Shown piece after piece: positions 11,601 through 20,015 of a stretch of 64,000 nt of DNA (positions are counted from its first letter, which is position 1; each line of letters starts with the position of its first letter). The DNA comes from a virus (Duplodnaviria; Caudoviricetes), in IMG/VR virus record IMGVR_UViG_3300025608_000013, positions 1 to 64,000 of that record; one strand, given 5' to 3'. The translations under genes were made by a program, and so were the position numbers. A model generated the notes under the pieces. The model was given only the letters and a program-made list of their open reading frames with translations, had not been told where the DNA came from and made no database searches.

Positions 11601-12481
11601 CCTTGTAGTGTAGCAGTTAGTGTCCCATCTGAAGTGTTACCAGCTGTAACCTGCGTTTCTGTATTTCCAACGCTAGGTGTAATACCAGTACCTGCAACAA
11701 CGTCACCAATAATAGTCGAAAGGTGATTGTAAGCTGCTGCTGTTTGAGCAACGTGAGTTGGATCAATACCTGGGTTATTTGCAGCATCGAAATAATAGAA
11801 GAATCTAGCACTATCATAACTTGCACTGTTGCCACCGTATAAAATGTCATATGCTAGTGCTTCTAGTGCATACTTAACATCACGTGAACATTTTGCAACA
11901 TCGTGGTCATGATCAGGATAGTTTACGTTAACCCAAGCATTTACTTCTGCTTGAAGGAACGCAATGTTTTCCATAATCTTTTCATTAGCAGCAATATTTG
12001 TAGCATTTGCACTTGATGGATTTGTAAATATTACTGTATCAGCACTTACTGGACCGTTTGTAGCAACGTCAACTACTTCATCAAATGCTGCTTCAATTCT
12101 TGCTACCGCAGTAGTATCTTGGCTAACACTTGCTAAATCAAGAATTCTTGCTTCAGCATTGCGAATGGATTCAATAACTGTTGGAGAAATTTCTTGTGAG
12201 TTAGACTCTGCACGACCTTGGAATACTGCATTATAGTTTGTACCTAGTGCCATATCGTAGCGCACACCGTCTACAATAAATCCTAAGTCGCGAATACATT
12301 TAGCTCTATTAAATAAGAAGTCTGGATTTCCAGCTGCAACTTGTGCGCCAATCCATGCTGCTACTTCTTTCTTAATAAAGTCAAAGTTTTGTTCTATTAA
12401 ACTGTAAGCATTTGGATATAGATTATCATCTAATCCTAGTCCAGGATAAAATACGTAATTTTTTATACTCTTTTTTGCCAT
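5696..12481 (-). CDS. Giant virion structural / fibre protein (2261 aa)
   Basis: G/T/A-rich; N-terminal KCxRD helical repeats, central ~90-aa G.GY..GD.I.I.G..GG.TPAND repeats; located among structural genes. Confidence 0.75.
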   Translation of the reverse strand: MAKKSIKNYVFYPGLGLDDNLYPNAYSLIEQNFDFIKKEVAAWIGAQVAAGNPDFLFNRAKCIRDLGFIVDGVRYDMALGTNYNAVFQGRAESNSQEISPTVIESIRNAEARILDLASVSQDTTAVARIEAAFDEVVDVATNGPVSADTVIFTNPSSANATNIAANEKIMENIAFLQAEVNAWVNVNYPDHDHDVAKCSRDVKYALEALAYDILYGGNSASYDSARFFYYFDAANNPGIDPTHVAQTAAAYNHLSTIIGDVVAGTGITPSVGNTETQVTAGNTSDGTLTATLQGLLQLVEDVVNLGVTDGLDGVTRTAPAVAWASASLQNAFSEIGGQADTIIAAVTPPAAYNYDSAKCERDTEFNLNAYIHDLRYGGNEETTRIAKTYWEYDVAQVDGYRTPEIRAKEFTRDLITNNVLTNTPQITPNQAQVAQVIDISKTAEGNAPGVIQVLVNLVRDVIQSGTSALPTFERKGLGHVKFVGNYDLSDVLLITNTTKNEIIYNFGDPKRGAILKQTTDDQPRDSSGYLVKYDFTNANRDADIDFPKFLQTTDTIVTLDLTYNTQSHSSEDSLQIFVEKIENGESVTVTRPYAFGTDAIERMRVAPPLSMLDADFEYGLQPTKWSAIGMQRGYPSIYEVPGSETEVQTVVTDASAGTEGIGASLITVTTRGAHGFTPGTPITIKALEQSITGASRAEGSFVIITVPTNSTFTYYAKAKVGDSEGDILATTYTQLRRGNFYTGADVGEPTFAVASNGTAGIMTLALNAQTGENRLAFTGDVPEIGAPIVYNDIPVGSQVTAISSTPDGEALIPITTADITPGQTQFNVSDPTGIVVGLAADNGDGDAIFVTDVTGTTVTMSGEFTVTLTQAQETYTAVSGTVNTAAGINAEFNISKTGTTYAVDGIAQGGSGYQAGDQILLTGDLVGGTTPANDATVTVTTVDGVGSITAATVDGTALDGAITYTSVVSTYNNSGGTNLPTIDVTYAGGQYDTIALGSPNASSGWTVGDRIRIPGTSVAPGSGQTGNAASGGNDVIIKVTGVTSGTIDTVEIDQTDWSLGAPPSVDRSYQSSEITFTGGSGTGFEFEIIASGITYSTRITAEGTGYTTADTITILGTQLGGISPTNDLVLRINDVGPTGNILGFREEGPDISSIPVAEDAGSFFGLSGAAYGGTGAVFDIENDGATLTATVDTAGTDYHVGQTFLIEGTEIGGTTPANDVTITITGIGDNSTGSVGTVSTAGTAPALANIFTGVAGSNLTNSGTGATFDITRSGSNYITVEVNNLGGSDYNIGNTITVLGTAIGGATPANDAVVTVTSTNSGAINGVTVTGTAVGGDALELVNAVTMSEFTTAPVPAATEVPFEALATIEITFDNAHGIVPGATFIVDVNSDDGGTNNHSLASGSFIATSVPTVDTLRYQARAPGNITTVGNDDILGDVYLRPDSFFIHRPYDGGVQLGTGGPQHGAQAIRQSKKYIRYQSGKGIMYTTGALFAPSYDIATITSNGTSIGSTITVTLDDNDHGMQVGGRVRIIGVETPGYNGNYTVTQIVNERTFKALTTRRLGSTEAVIGFAAQVSVVGWHGATVRSGIFDDQNGIYWEYDGVNIQVAQRTSTKQIAGTVGVNPDSNLITGTGTRFRDQLTAGDRIVIRGMTHMVSHINSQTEMTVTPDYRGVNPALAAKVCLVTDKKVKQDEFNLDKLDGSGPSGYNIDISYMQMIGIQYSWYGAGFIDWMLRGSDGNFVFSHRMRNSNVNTEAFMRSGNLPVRYEVSNEGANGRLRENMTDVQTTVPLVDARFFPQSGTVYIDNELITFTGVDFTNNNLTGCTRGASLTNFQAGSLRQYTAGAAATHLGKTGVVLVSNTITPLISHWGSAFITDGMFDDDRGYIFSYTETGLAVTTTRQTAFLLRLAPSVSNAITGDLGDRELLNRAQLLMQAMEITSDGEDDAGSKILGGIVIEGILNPQNYPINPADVGWQGLSGLAQGGQPSFAQVASGGSVVWNSGDTSTTAQATVLSRVTVNAQMNTFQANRRRNFAYFYPTFLDKNLKVGDEVDDPKFQGGTTITQITNYSTYVLVRFSSTSTQNLRDNENITFAFGGDLENRNFAYFTEASWVASGARAGTDLDSPPSDQGDINFPASTVVSQVEGPLLFGDPDIPGEFARYYRVSFNNAASGTVSGGDNFNFVFRQPPFAQPGETVFSFIATPGERSELNLDSLKELTNTTLGGRGTFPNGPDVLAINVYKTSGAQVNANIIIKWGEAQA
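8480..9830 (-). repeat. About five tandem ~90-aa beta-rich protein repeats
   Basis: Recurring GGTTPAND / GGISPTND / GGTTPAND / GGATPAND cores, each with a G.GY or DY..G motif upstream. Confidence 0.75.
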
Positions 12482-12487
12482 TCTCTG

Positions 12488-13054
12488 TTATACTCCAAGT
12501 GCTACTGAAAAAGCTATCGACGTAGAATCTACATACTCTTTATTAGTTATGTCTGTTGCGTTTTGTGGTGCAACAGACAAAGCTAGTGTTCCGTCAATTG
12601 TAATATTGCCGTTAATTGTTGCGCCATCTGCATTTAATGTTGCTGCTGTACTATCAGGAGCACTAGTTAAATCGATGCTATAAAATCTTGCCTGTCCTGG
12701 CGTTTGTAAACCAATGTCTACATTGTCTATACTGCCAGTGGTATTATTACTTATAGCAATAGCACCATTGTTGATTGTTAAAACATTTGTAGAAACATCA
12801 TCTACTGTATTGTTTACTCGTAGAGGTCCGTTTACCGTTAAACTTGTAATATTTTCAAATGGATTAGTCGGATCTGGACCGCCGTCGCCCGGATCTACTG
12901 GTTCGTCTGGGTCTGCACCAACAAACGGTACACCATTTAACAAAATCTGATTAACGTCAAGTACTCTTGTAGTTACTCGACCAGTAGTACCTACTTCAAA
13001 ATTTGGACTTTCGAATCCGTACTGTGATGTTAATTTCTTAGGCGTAACTGCCAT
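12488..13054 (-). CDS. Putative fibre/virion protein
   Basis: GSIDNVDIG and DITNKEYVD fibre-type motifs, hydrophobic C-terminus. Confidence 0.55.
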   Translation of the reverse strand: MAVTPKKLTSQYGFESPNFEVGTTGRVTTRVLDVNQILLNGVPFVGADPDEPVDPGDGGPDPTNPFENITSLTVNGPLRVNNTVDDVSTNVLTINNGAIAISNNTTGSIDNVDIGLQTPGQARFYSIDLTSAPDSTAATLNADGATINGNITIDGTLALSVAPQNATDITNKEYVDSTSIAFSVALGV

Positions 13055-13064
13055 ATCCTAATCC

Positions 13065-14555
13065 TTATAATGCGCTAATATCTTTAATTGTAATTGTTCC
13101 ACGCATAGCACTGTGTACTGTACACTGGTATGCATAGTTTCCTGAAACGTTTGCAGGAATTTTCCAATAAAGTGTTCCGCTTGTTTGACCTTGTGCGGCT
13201 GCATCTGTGCTAACAACACCTGTATTTGATACGTGTACTAGCCCTTGATTGTATTGCAATCCACCTGATGTTTCAATTTGGAACGGATGGCTTGACACTG
13301 TTGCATCATTTAAATTAAATGCAATAGTCGTTCCGCTAATAGCATAAATTATCGGATCTTGTGTTGTTCCGTATTGATCAAACAAATATCCTGAAGATCC
13401 AGCTGCCGTAACTTCTAATGTTGTAATTGCTGGAAGTGCAGTTTCGTCAATTGTAGTAGGTGTATCAATCCATTGTGCTCCATCCCAAACTAACATTGCA
13501 CCAGCTGTTGGTGAACTAATATTAGTATCAGCTAGGCTAGCAAATGTCGGATCACTACCGCTGTATGAAATTTCTACAGTATCGCCTGTTACTGTAGTTG
13601 TAATGTTTGTGCCGCCGGAAATAGTAAGTGTATCAGTTTTATTATCTGCTTCAGCAATGCCACTGTCGCCTTGTACAAAGCTAAATGCATTTTGGTTAGC
13701 TTCACCTGAGTTTGGGTCACCTACATAGTTAAATGTAACTGTATCGCCAACAACTTGTGTTTCGATGTTTGTTCCGCCTGCAAGTGTTAATACATCTGTA
13801 GTTGAGTTTGCAGTAGTAGTACCATTATCGCCATCAATTTGCACAAATACGTTTTGTGTTGACCCAGCTTCGATAGTGCTAAATGTAAACGCACCATTGC
13901 CGTCAGTTGTTAGTACTTGTCCAAAGCTACCGTCTGTAATGTTTAAGTCAGTTAGCACACTAGGTACTACTGGTTTGTTGCTAAAGTTATTCCAGTTTAG
14001 ATAATACGATCCATCTTGCCCGTCAAGTGTATCAGCATCTAGACCTGTTCCGCCTGAGGTAACGTCAATTGCAGGTGCCCACTTGTTACCATCATATTTA
14101 AGTACAGCACCAGTAAATGGCGTAACTGATTCTGTATCAACATCTGAAATGTCATTAAGTGCGCCGCCGTAAGCAACAGCTGATAGCGGATCGGTATAGT
14201 TAGGAATTGCACCTTCGCTAGCATCTAATAGCATAGATCTCCATGCATTACTATGTGCTACAAATACGCCACCGCTCTGATGTACGTGTAAAATAGTACC
14301 ATGATAATCTGCAGGGTTAATTGCATCACGCTCTGCATTGCTTTCGCAAAGCAAGCTAATTTTGTTAATCTTTCCACTTACCGGCGGAACATCTAATTCT
14401 AGATTATTGTTAACTAGTCCTTTAAGTTGGCTACCATCGCCGACTGCATCATACAGTTCGTCTGCATTTGAGTTGAGCTTAGTACCAGCGGCACGTAAAT
14501 TGTCACCATCTCCTGCGTCAGGCGCTGAACCTGTATTAATTAAACTTTTTGCCAT
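13065..14555 (-). CDS. Baseplate wedge/tail-fibre connector (gp9/gp10-like N-terminus) with C-terminal cupredoxin-like domain
   Basis: MAKSLINTGSAPDAGDGDNLRAAGTKLNSNADELY matches the gp9/10 N-terminal motif; ends HPFQI...YAYQCTVHSAMRGTITI. Confidence 0.7.
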   Translation of the reverse strand: MAKSLINTGSAPDAGDGDNLRAAGTKLNSNADELYDAVGDGSQLKGLVNNNLELDVPPVSGKINKISLLCESNAERDAINPADYHGTILHVHQSGGVFVAHSNAWRSMLLDASEGAIPNYTDPLSAVAYGGALNDISDVDTESVTPFTGAVLKYDGNKWAPAIDVTSGGTGLDADTLDGQDGSYYLNWNNFSNKPVVPSVLTDLNITDGSFGQVLTTDGNGAFTFSTIEAGSTQNVFVQIDGDNGTTTANSTTDVLTLAGGTNIETQVVGDTVTFNYVGDPNSGEANQNAFSFVQGDSGIAEADNKTDTLTISGGTNITTTVTGDTVEISYSGSDPTFASLADTNISSPTAGAMLVWDGAQWIDTPTTIDETALPAITTLEVTAAGSSGYLFDQYGTTQDPIIYAISGTTIAFNLNDATVSSHPFQIETSGGLQYNQGLVHVSNTGVVSTDAAAQGQTSGTLYWKIPANVSGNYAYQCTVHSAMRGTITIKDISAL

Positions 14556-14557
14556 TT

Positions 14558-15076
14558 TTATGTTGTCCTATCAAATGTAATTGTACTATTGTCAAATGAT
14601 CTTGATATACTATCAAACGTATTTATGCCAGCGTCATCTTCTGTACTTGTGTCTGCTACTAGTGCAGGTGCAGTTGGCGGGTGAATTGCTTCTGCATATG
14701 TTGCATGAAAGACTAATTTTGCCCCTTGCCAAATTCTTTCTTTTGGACTTACTAACACTTTTAAAAATGTATCATCAACTGTAACACTTACGTCAATTAG
14801 TTCATTTGCAATACTTGCGCGACCATAAAGGTTAAACGAAGCCTGTGCAGGACGAGCAATTACGCTCAACTGCATTGTTTCTTTTTCATTTGAATCAAAT
14901 TCTACTGTAATTTGATAATTTGCGCTAGAAAAGTCACCAACGTGCCAACTATCCATTACAGTGTCGTTGTATACACCTACCCAGCGTCCTCTATAAGAAA
15001 AGCTATTACGATCAGGCAAGCTAATCGTGTTGTTTGTGCCTTTCTTAAACAGATTGTATACCGTTTTATTCATCAT
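14558..15076 (-). CDS. Hypothetical virion protein
   Basis: SD AAGGAG and upstream GATAAATA; C-terminal TFDS..SFDN..TFD motif. Confidence 0.55.
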   Translation of the reverse strand: MMNKTVYNLFKKGTNNTISLPDRNSFSYRGRWVGVYNDTVMDSWHVGDFSSANYQITVEFDSNEKETMQLSVIARPAQASFNLYGRASIANELIDVSVTVDDTFLKVLVSPKERIWQGAKLVFHATYAEAIHPPTAPALVADTSTEDDAGINTFDSISRSFDNSTITFDRTT

Positions 15077-15093
15077 GGAGCTCCTTACAGTAT

Positions 15094-15666
15094 TTATCCA
15101 GTAAGGTCAGTTAATGCTTCTGCGAATTCTAACAAGTTATTATATATTTCGGTTTGTTTTTTAAGATCTTTATTGGCAAATGTATCAAGCTTCTTTTCTG
15201 TTTCGTTACCGTATCCTGTACGCACTAGAACTGGCCGAGCCTTAGCCTTTGTTGCTGCTTTGAGATCTGTAATTTTGTCTCCAACATAGACACCATTTGA
15301 CCACTTGCATCCTATTTCAGCAGAAGCACGTTTAAACATACCAATATTAGGTTTTGCATAGATGTCATCTTTTAGATTTGTAGTTGCATAATACAATCCG
15401 TTGATACTAGAACATCCGGCTCGACCTAACAGTTGCAGCATATAATTGTGTACAATATCAACATCAGCTGCATCCATTATACCTTTGTATATACCTGCTT
15501 GATTGGTTAAAATTACTACGTCATAACCTTTATTACGGATTGTTCTAACAGCTTCTAAGCTTCCTGGGATAGGTTCAAAATCTTCAGGCTTAGTTACATA
15601 TGTACCTAAGTCTACATTAATAACACCGTCTCTATCTAGTCCAATTACCGGCGGGGTTCTAGTCAT
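15094..15666 (-). CDS. gmhB: D,D-heptose 1,7-bisphosphate phosphatase (HAD IIIA)
   Basis: LDRDGVIN, TNQAGI, AKPNIGM, VGDKITD, LVRTGYG; hldE and hldD are in the same window. Confidence 0.85.
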   Translation of the reverse strand: MTRTPPVIGLDRDGVINVDLGTYVTKPEDFEPIPGSLEAVRTIRNKGYDVVILTNQAGIYKGIMDAADVDIVHNYMLQLLGRAGCSSINGLYYATTNLKDDIYAKPNIGMFKRASAEIGCKWSNGVYVGDKITDLKAATKAKARPVLVRTGYGNETEKKLDTFANKDLKKQTEIYNNLLEFAEALTDLTG

Positions 15667-16531
15667 CGCTCCATCCTATTTTATCTGTATTCATATCTGT
15701 CCATCCCAACAGTGCTAGTACTGCTGGAGATGCTTGTTCTATTCTTGTTTGAAAAATTTCTGCTAATTCTACAGCCGTGCTGTTTAGCTCTTGTTCGCCT
15801 AGTAGCGGTAAAATTTGTTCTTCTAAATAACGTGCATGTTCAAAAGGTAACGGATGCAATTCAGGACGTATTTCGTCTACTGTATCGCCTGGATTTGCTA
15901 CAGTTAGCGGACGAGTTTTTGAGTATGCTTCGAAGTGCTCGTCCGTTAGTCCATTCCATTCCATAATAGGAAGTGCGTCTGTGTTGATATATTCTTTGTA
16001 TTGATTGAGTATGCCATTGATACAAGTGTCGTCTAGAGATTTTGTTTGATCTAACACTGCATCTCTAGATGCTTTTTTATTATAAAAATCGTTAAAACTA
16101 AAATATACAGTTTTACAACCACGTTGTTCTAACATTGCTTTTATACTAGATATCATTGCACAATCTCGCATAACACAATGAATTGGGTCAGCCCATTGCC
16201 ACTGACTGGTATAGTTATAGTTGTTTAAGTTCATAGGCTTGTCACTAAGCTGCCCGTGGTACAAGTTGCCTGCACAATGCCAGCCATTCTTCTCAATCCA
16301 TCTGTCATCTCGATACATTGCTGTCCACTGTACTACAATAATATCGTCTTCGTTAAAATGATAAATGCTATCTGCTTCCCAGATGCGTGTAAAGATGTAC
16401 TGATTGCCAGCGCCGCTTTTCCCCCAGTTTTCCAAAACGTCAGCACGATCGTGATAGTGTGCTATCAAGAGATCTGCCCACGTAGGATAAAAGAACTGTG
16501 TTAAACTACATCCGAATGTAAATAATCTCAT
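15659..16531 (-). CDS. SGNH/GDSL-like hypothetical protein
   Basis: FGCSLT, GKSGAGN and C-terminal ELHP blocks. Confidence 0.5.
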   Translation of the reverse strand: MRLFTFGCSLTQFFYPTWADLLIAHYHDRADVLENWGKSGAGNQYIFTRIWEADSIYHFNEDDIIVVQWTAMYRDDRWIEKNGWHCAGNLYHGQLSDKPMNLNNYNYTSQWQWADPIHCVMRDCAMISSIKAMLEQRGCKTVYFSFNDFYNKKASRDAVLDQTKSLDDTCINGILNQYKEYINTDALPIMEWNGLTDEHFEAYSKTRPLTVANPGDTVDEIRPELHPLPFEHARYLEEQILPLLGEQELNSTAVELAEIFQTRIEQASPAVLALLGWTDMNTDKIGWSDD

Positions 16532-17991
16532 GCTAATCTTCTAACTAGTTCAATAATAGTTTTATGAGGAATAAATTTAGCATTGTGTTTGTTAGATTCA
16601 AGATTATTAATTACTTGATCAGCAAATTCTCTTGCACTGGGAGATATTACTTCGTATTGTTCTTTTATTGACTGAATATCAAAATGTCCAATGCCATGCA
16701 ACACTAAAAGATAGTTTAGTTTATCAAATAATTTATAACTATTTTCACTACCAAAATCTAAATCAATAGGAAGTCTATGTTTCCACATTTTCATGTTTTG
16801 TTCTAGTCTCGGAGGAAGCGGTACAGACTTTTGATCTTTCCAAAACGGAGTATCTTCTCTATCAACTACATAATGCAATGCTACAAAATCTTTGATATCT
16901 TCTAAAATATCTTTTACTTCTTGATTATAAAGTTCTATACTTCTATCGGTATAATTTATAATTCGACTAGCAAGTAAAAAACTTTGTTGGATACTAGTAC
17001 CGATACTAGTTGCTTCTAAAGGTTCAACAAAACTAGCACTTAGACCAATTGCTGTACAATTTTTGATCCAACAGTCTTCTAATCTTCCTGGATCAAATGT
17101 AAAACTTTTCGCTACTTCGACTTCGTGTCCTAAGTACTCTTCAACTTCTTGTTTTGCTTGTTCGGGTGTAATATAATTTTTATCAAAAATATAACCGTTG
17201 CCTTTTCTTCCATAAGTAGGAATTCTAAACATCCATCCTGCATCCATTGCCCTAGCAAGTGTCCACATAGGATATTCGTCTTCATCTTTTGTCGGGAAAA
17301 CAATAGCACTGTTCATACGCAGATGTTCTGAATAACTAGTCCATTTGGCTCCTAATTTATTCATTAGTACTCGTTTAAAACCTGTACAATCTACATAAAA
17401 GTCGTATTCGTAATTGTCATTTTTACCAATGATATTAGTGATGCCGTCTTTGTCTACTTCTACGTCTGTAATAACGTCGTCGTATACATCAATATTATAT
17501 TGTTTTGCAATTTTATGCAAAAACTGATTTAACTTATGAGTGTTAAAATGAAATTGTGCTACTGGAAAATCTCGAAGTGTTTCGTGTATATGATTGTCCC
17601 AGCCAATTTCACTATTCCAAACGCTATCAAAAACAATACTATCTCGTTCTTCGCTTATAAGTTTTCCGTATACAATAGGATAGTCATGCCAAATTACATG
17701 ATAATCGCCTTCTACCGTTTGTATATAAGGCTTTTCTGTCCAGTTTTCAAAATAAATTCCTGCTTTAAAAGTTGCATCAGTTTCTTTTAACATAGTTGGA
17801 GGATCGATATGCAAAAAGTCCATAAACTCTTTCCAATGTTCAGTTGATCCTTCTCCGACACCGATAATACCAATGTCAGAAGATTCTACAATGTCAACTT
17901 TTAAAGTTGGATAAGTTCTTTTTAAAATAAGAGCCGAAACTAGACCTGCCGTTCCGCCGCCTACTACACAAATTGATTTAGGATTTTTCAT
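16528..17991 (-). CDS. Flavin-dependent halogenase, tryptophan halogenase (PrnA) family
   Basis: GGGTAG, IGVGEGS, ATFKAGI (catalytic Lys), DCTGF, WMFRIP (WxWxIP variant), FVEPLEATSI. ATG 17991 follows TATAAATA. Confidence 0.88.
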   Translation of the reverse strand: MKNPKSICVVGGGTAGLVSALILKRTYPTLKVDIVESSDIGIIGVGEGSTEHWKEFMDFLHIDPPTMLKETDATFKAGIYFENWTEKPYIQTVEGDYHVIWHDYPIVYGKLISEERDSIVFDSVWNSEIGWDNHIHETLRDFPVAQFHFNTHKLNQFLHKIAKQYNIDVYDDVITDVEVDKDGITNIIGKNDNYEYDFYVDCTGFKRVLMNKLGAKWTSYSEHLRMNSAIVFPTKDEDEYPMWTLARAMDAGWMFRIPTYGRKGNGYIFDKNYITPEQAKQEVEEYLGHEVEVAKSFTFDPGRLEDCWIKNCTAIGLSASFVEPLEATSIGTSIQQSFLLASRIINYTDRSIELYNQEVKDILEDIKDFVALHYVVDREDTPFWKDQKSVPLPPRLEQNMKMWKHRLPIDLDFGSENSYKLFDKLNYLLVLHGIGHFDIQSIKEQYEVISPSAREFADQVINNLESNKHNAKFIPHKTIIELVRRLA

Positions 17992-17996
17992 AACAA

Positions 17997-18046
17997 TATT
18001 TATAGGAGCCATCTTTAAATTTATATAATCTTGGTATTCTTAAATA
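17997..18046. promoter_or_regulatory. Back-to-back late-promoter-like motifs (TATAAATA on -, CTTAAATA on +)
   Basis: - strand 18004-17997 then TTGTT-ATG; + strand 18039-18046 then CATT-ATG. Confidence 0.65.
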
Positions 18047-18050
18047 CATT

Positions 18051-18665
18051 ATGCAAGAACTTATACTAGAAACTAAGCCAATCATAGAATGCAATATAGA
18101 TCAAACTAAAGTATTAAATCATGAGACAAACAAAAATAATCTCATGCATATTGTACAAGATTTATATGCTAGTAACGTAAACTATAATAACAGCCATCAC
18201 AGTTCAGTATGGCAAAGTCCTAATGGGCTACAAAGCATACACAGTATGAACTCATTAGTTAATGGTCCTGAGATTGGAGCATATTCAGGAATCTTGCAAA
18301 ACAGATATAAATTAAAAGCAAACAAAAGACTAGCAATTGTTGACATGTGGATTACAATTACTCCACCTGGTGGACAATTAGTACCTAAGCGTAGACTTAA
18401 AAGTTTGATTACTGGAGTTTATTTCTTGCATACTCCTAAAGAAAATGCAACAATGAATTTTAAGAAACCTATAGACCCACACTGGTACGAAAAAGTATTT
18501 GATCCGTTTAATAGAACTGAACATAATTCACCTGAAGAATTATTAGAGATGAATGAAGGATGGATATATTTTTATCCTAGTTATATTGAGTCTCATACTA
18601 CAACTAATAACAGTAAAGAAGAAAGAGTTACAATCGACTTTGTACTTGATGTAGTAGACAAATGA
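18051..18665 (+). CDS. 2OG-Fe(II) oxygenase-like protein with degenerate metal ligands
   Basis: MWITITPPGG....TGVYF...YPSYI...N.S.EER..I.F scaffold, but KRR where HxH/D is expected. Confidence 0.6.
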   Translation: MQELILETKPIIECNIDQTKVLNHETNKNNLMHIVQDLYASNVNYNNSHHSSVWQSPNGLQSIHSMNSLVNGPEIGAYSGILQNRYKLKANKRLAIVDMWITITPPGGQLVPKRRLKSLITGVYFLHTPKENATMNFKKPIDPHWYEKVFDPFNRTEHNSPEELLEMNEGWIYFYPSYIESHTTTNNSKEERVTIDFVLDVVDK

Positions 18666-19093
18666 CCATAGAAGCTTTATTCGATGATAACAACAATCAT
18701 AAATTTAGTTATTTGCTTCTTGCAAAAGAAAGCATTGACCATGCTACTTATGAATTGTTACACGAGGAACTTTCTAAAAAAATAAATGTAGTTCCGTTAC
18801 GAGCGAGTAAATACTCTGATGAAGATTTACGCAAAGCAGTTGAGTTAGCAGACTACGTAGTTACCGGTATAGGCAAAGTTTTAGATATTTGTGTAGAATT
18901 AGAACAGCCGGCATTGTGTGATGTTGCATCAAACAAATTAGATAAAACGTATCCGACGTTTATAGACTTTTATGATCCGTTTAGAAACGAAGAAACAAAA
19001 CCTTTTTATCAACCTAAAGATTTAGAATTATTAATAGAAGAGATATACAAACAACTTGATAGGCACAAAATAGATTATGTCAACTTTATGTAG
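18662..19093 (+). CDS. Hypothetical protein
   Basis: 143-aa ORF overlapping both neighbours. Confidence 0.6.
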   Translation: MTIEALFDDNNNHKFSYLLLAKESIDHATYELLHEELSKKINVVPLRASKYSDEDLRKAVELADYVVTGIGKVLDICVELEQPALCDVASNKLDKTYPTFIDFYDPFRNEETKPFYQPKDLELLIEEIYKQLDRHKIDYVNFM

Positions 19094-20015
19094 CGCATTG
19101 TGGAAACACACTAATATTAGACCTGGTGGACGAGTTTATCCTTGCTGCCGGTTTAAGTCGTGTGTAGGTAAAACTGACGGAGATTTATCTAGTGTTTTAC
19201 ATTCTGATGCATATAAATCGATACGTGCTAGTATGTTGAATAATGAAAAGATTATTGGCTGCGAAAAATGCTACTACGAGGAAAGTATTGGACATAAAAG
19301 CCTACGTGAAGAGTTTAACGAAAAATACGACACAGATAGTGTAGGATTAGAATACTTAGAAATTGGTATTGACAATCTTTGTAATCTAGTATGTGATGGT
19401 TGTAACTCAGAGTTTAGTACTAGTTGGCGAGCGAAAGAAATTCGCGAACAAGGCAGTGCAAATTACGATTATATGACTATCGATAATATTACTAGTGTGC
19501 CCAACACTGTGCGTAAAATATTATTTCTAGGCGGCGAGCCATTAATTACAAAGCGTCATTTAGAGCTATTAAAGCTAGTAGAAGATCCTAGTAAAGTCAG
19601 TGTTGTGTATAACACCAATGCAATGTATATGCCTGATTTAGAAACAGAAAGCATTTGGGATAAATTTAAAAACGTTAGATTTATCGTAAGTGTCGACGGT
19701 GTAGAAGAAGTTGCAGAGCGTGTAAGAGGAGGAACAAAATGGGAGAAAGTAAAACAATTTGTTCATTATGCTGTTACTAATTACGAACTAGAATTTAATA
19801 CAGTGCTACATAAAAATAACTTTTTTGATATCGAAAATATCAATAGTTATGTAGGACAATATAATGCAGATTGGTATATTAATGTGCTAACGTATCCCAA
19901 AAATTTAGATATAAACACGCTGGATAATCAAGACAAAAGTTATATAAAGCAGACAGCAGAACGTTTAGAACTTCCTACAAAAGATTTTATTATCAATCAC
20001 CTTGATACCAACTAA
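19077..20015 (+). CDS. Radical SAM protein with N-terminal SPASM/twitch-like Cys cluster
   Basis: CNLVCDGC (CxxxCxxC), GGEP, SVDG; N-terminal C..W..PCC...CEKC. Confidence 0.85.
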   Translation: MSTLCSALWKHTNIRPGGRVYPCCRFKSCVGKTDGDLSSVLHSDAYKSIRASMLNNEKIIGCEKCYYEESIGHKSLREEFNEKYDTDSVGLEYLEIGIDNLCNLVCDGCNSEFSTSWRAKEIREQGSANYDYMTIDNITSVPNTVRKILFLGGEPLITKRHLELLKLVEDPSKVSVVYNTNAMYMPDLETESIWDKFKNVRFIVSVDGVEEVAERVRGGTKWEKVKQFVHYAVTNYELEFNTVLHKNNFFDIENINSYVGQYNADWYINVLTYPKNLDINTLDNQDKSYIKQTAERLELPTKDFIINHLDTN

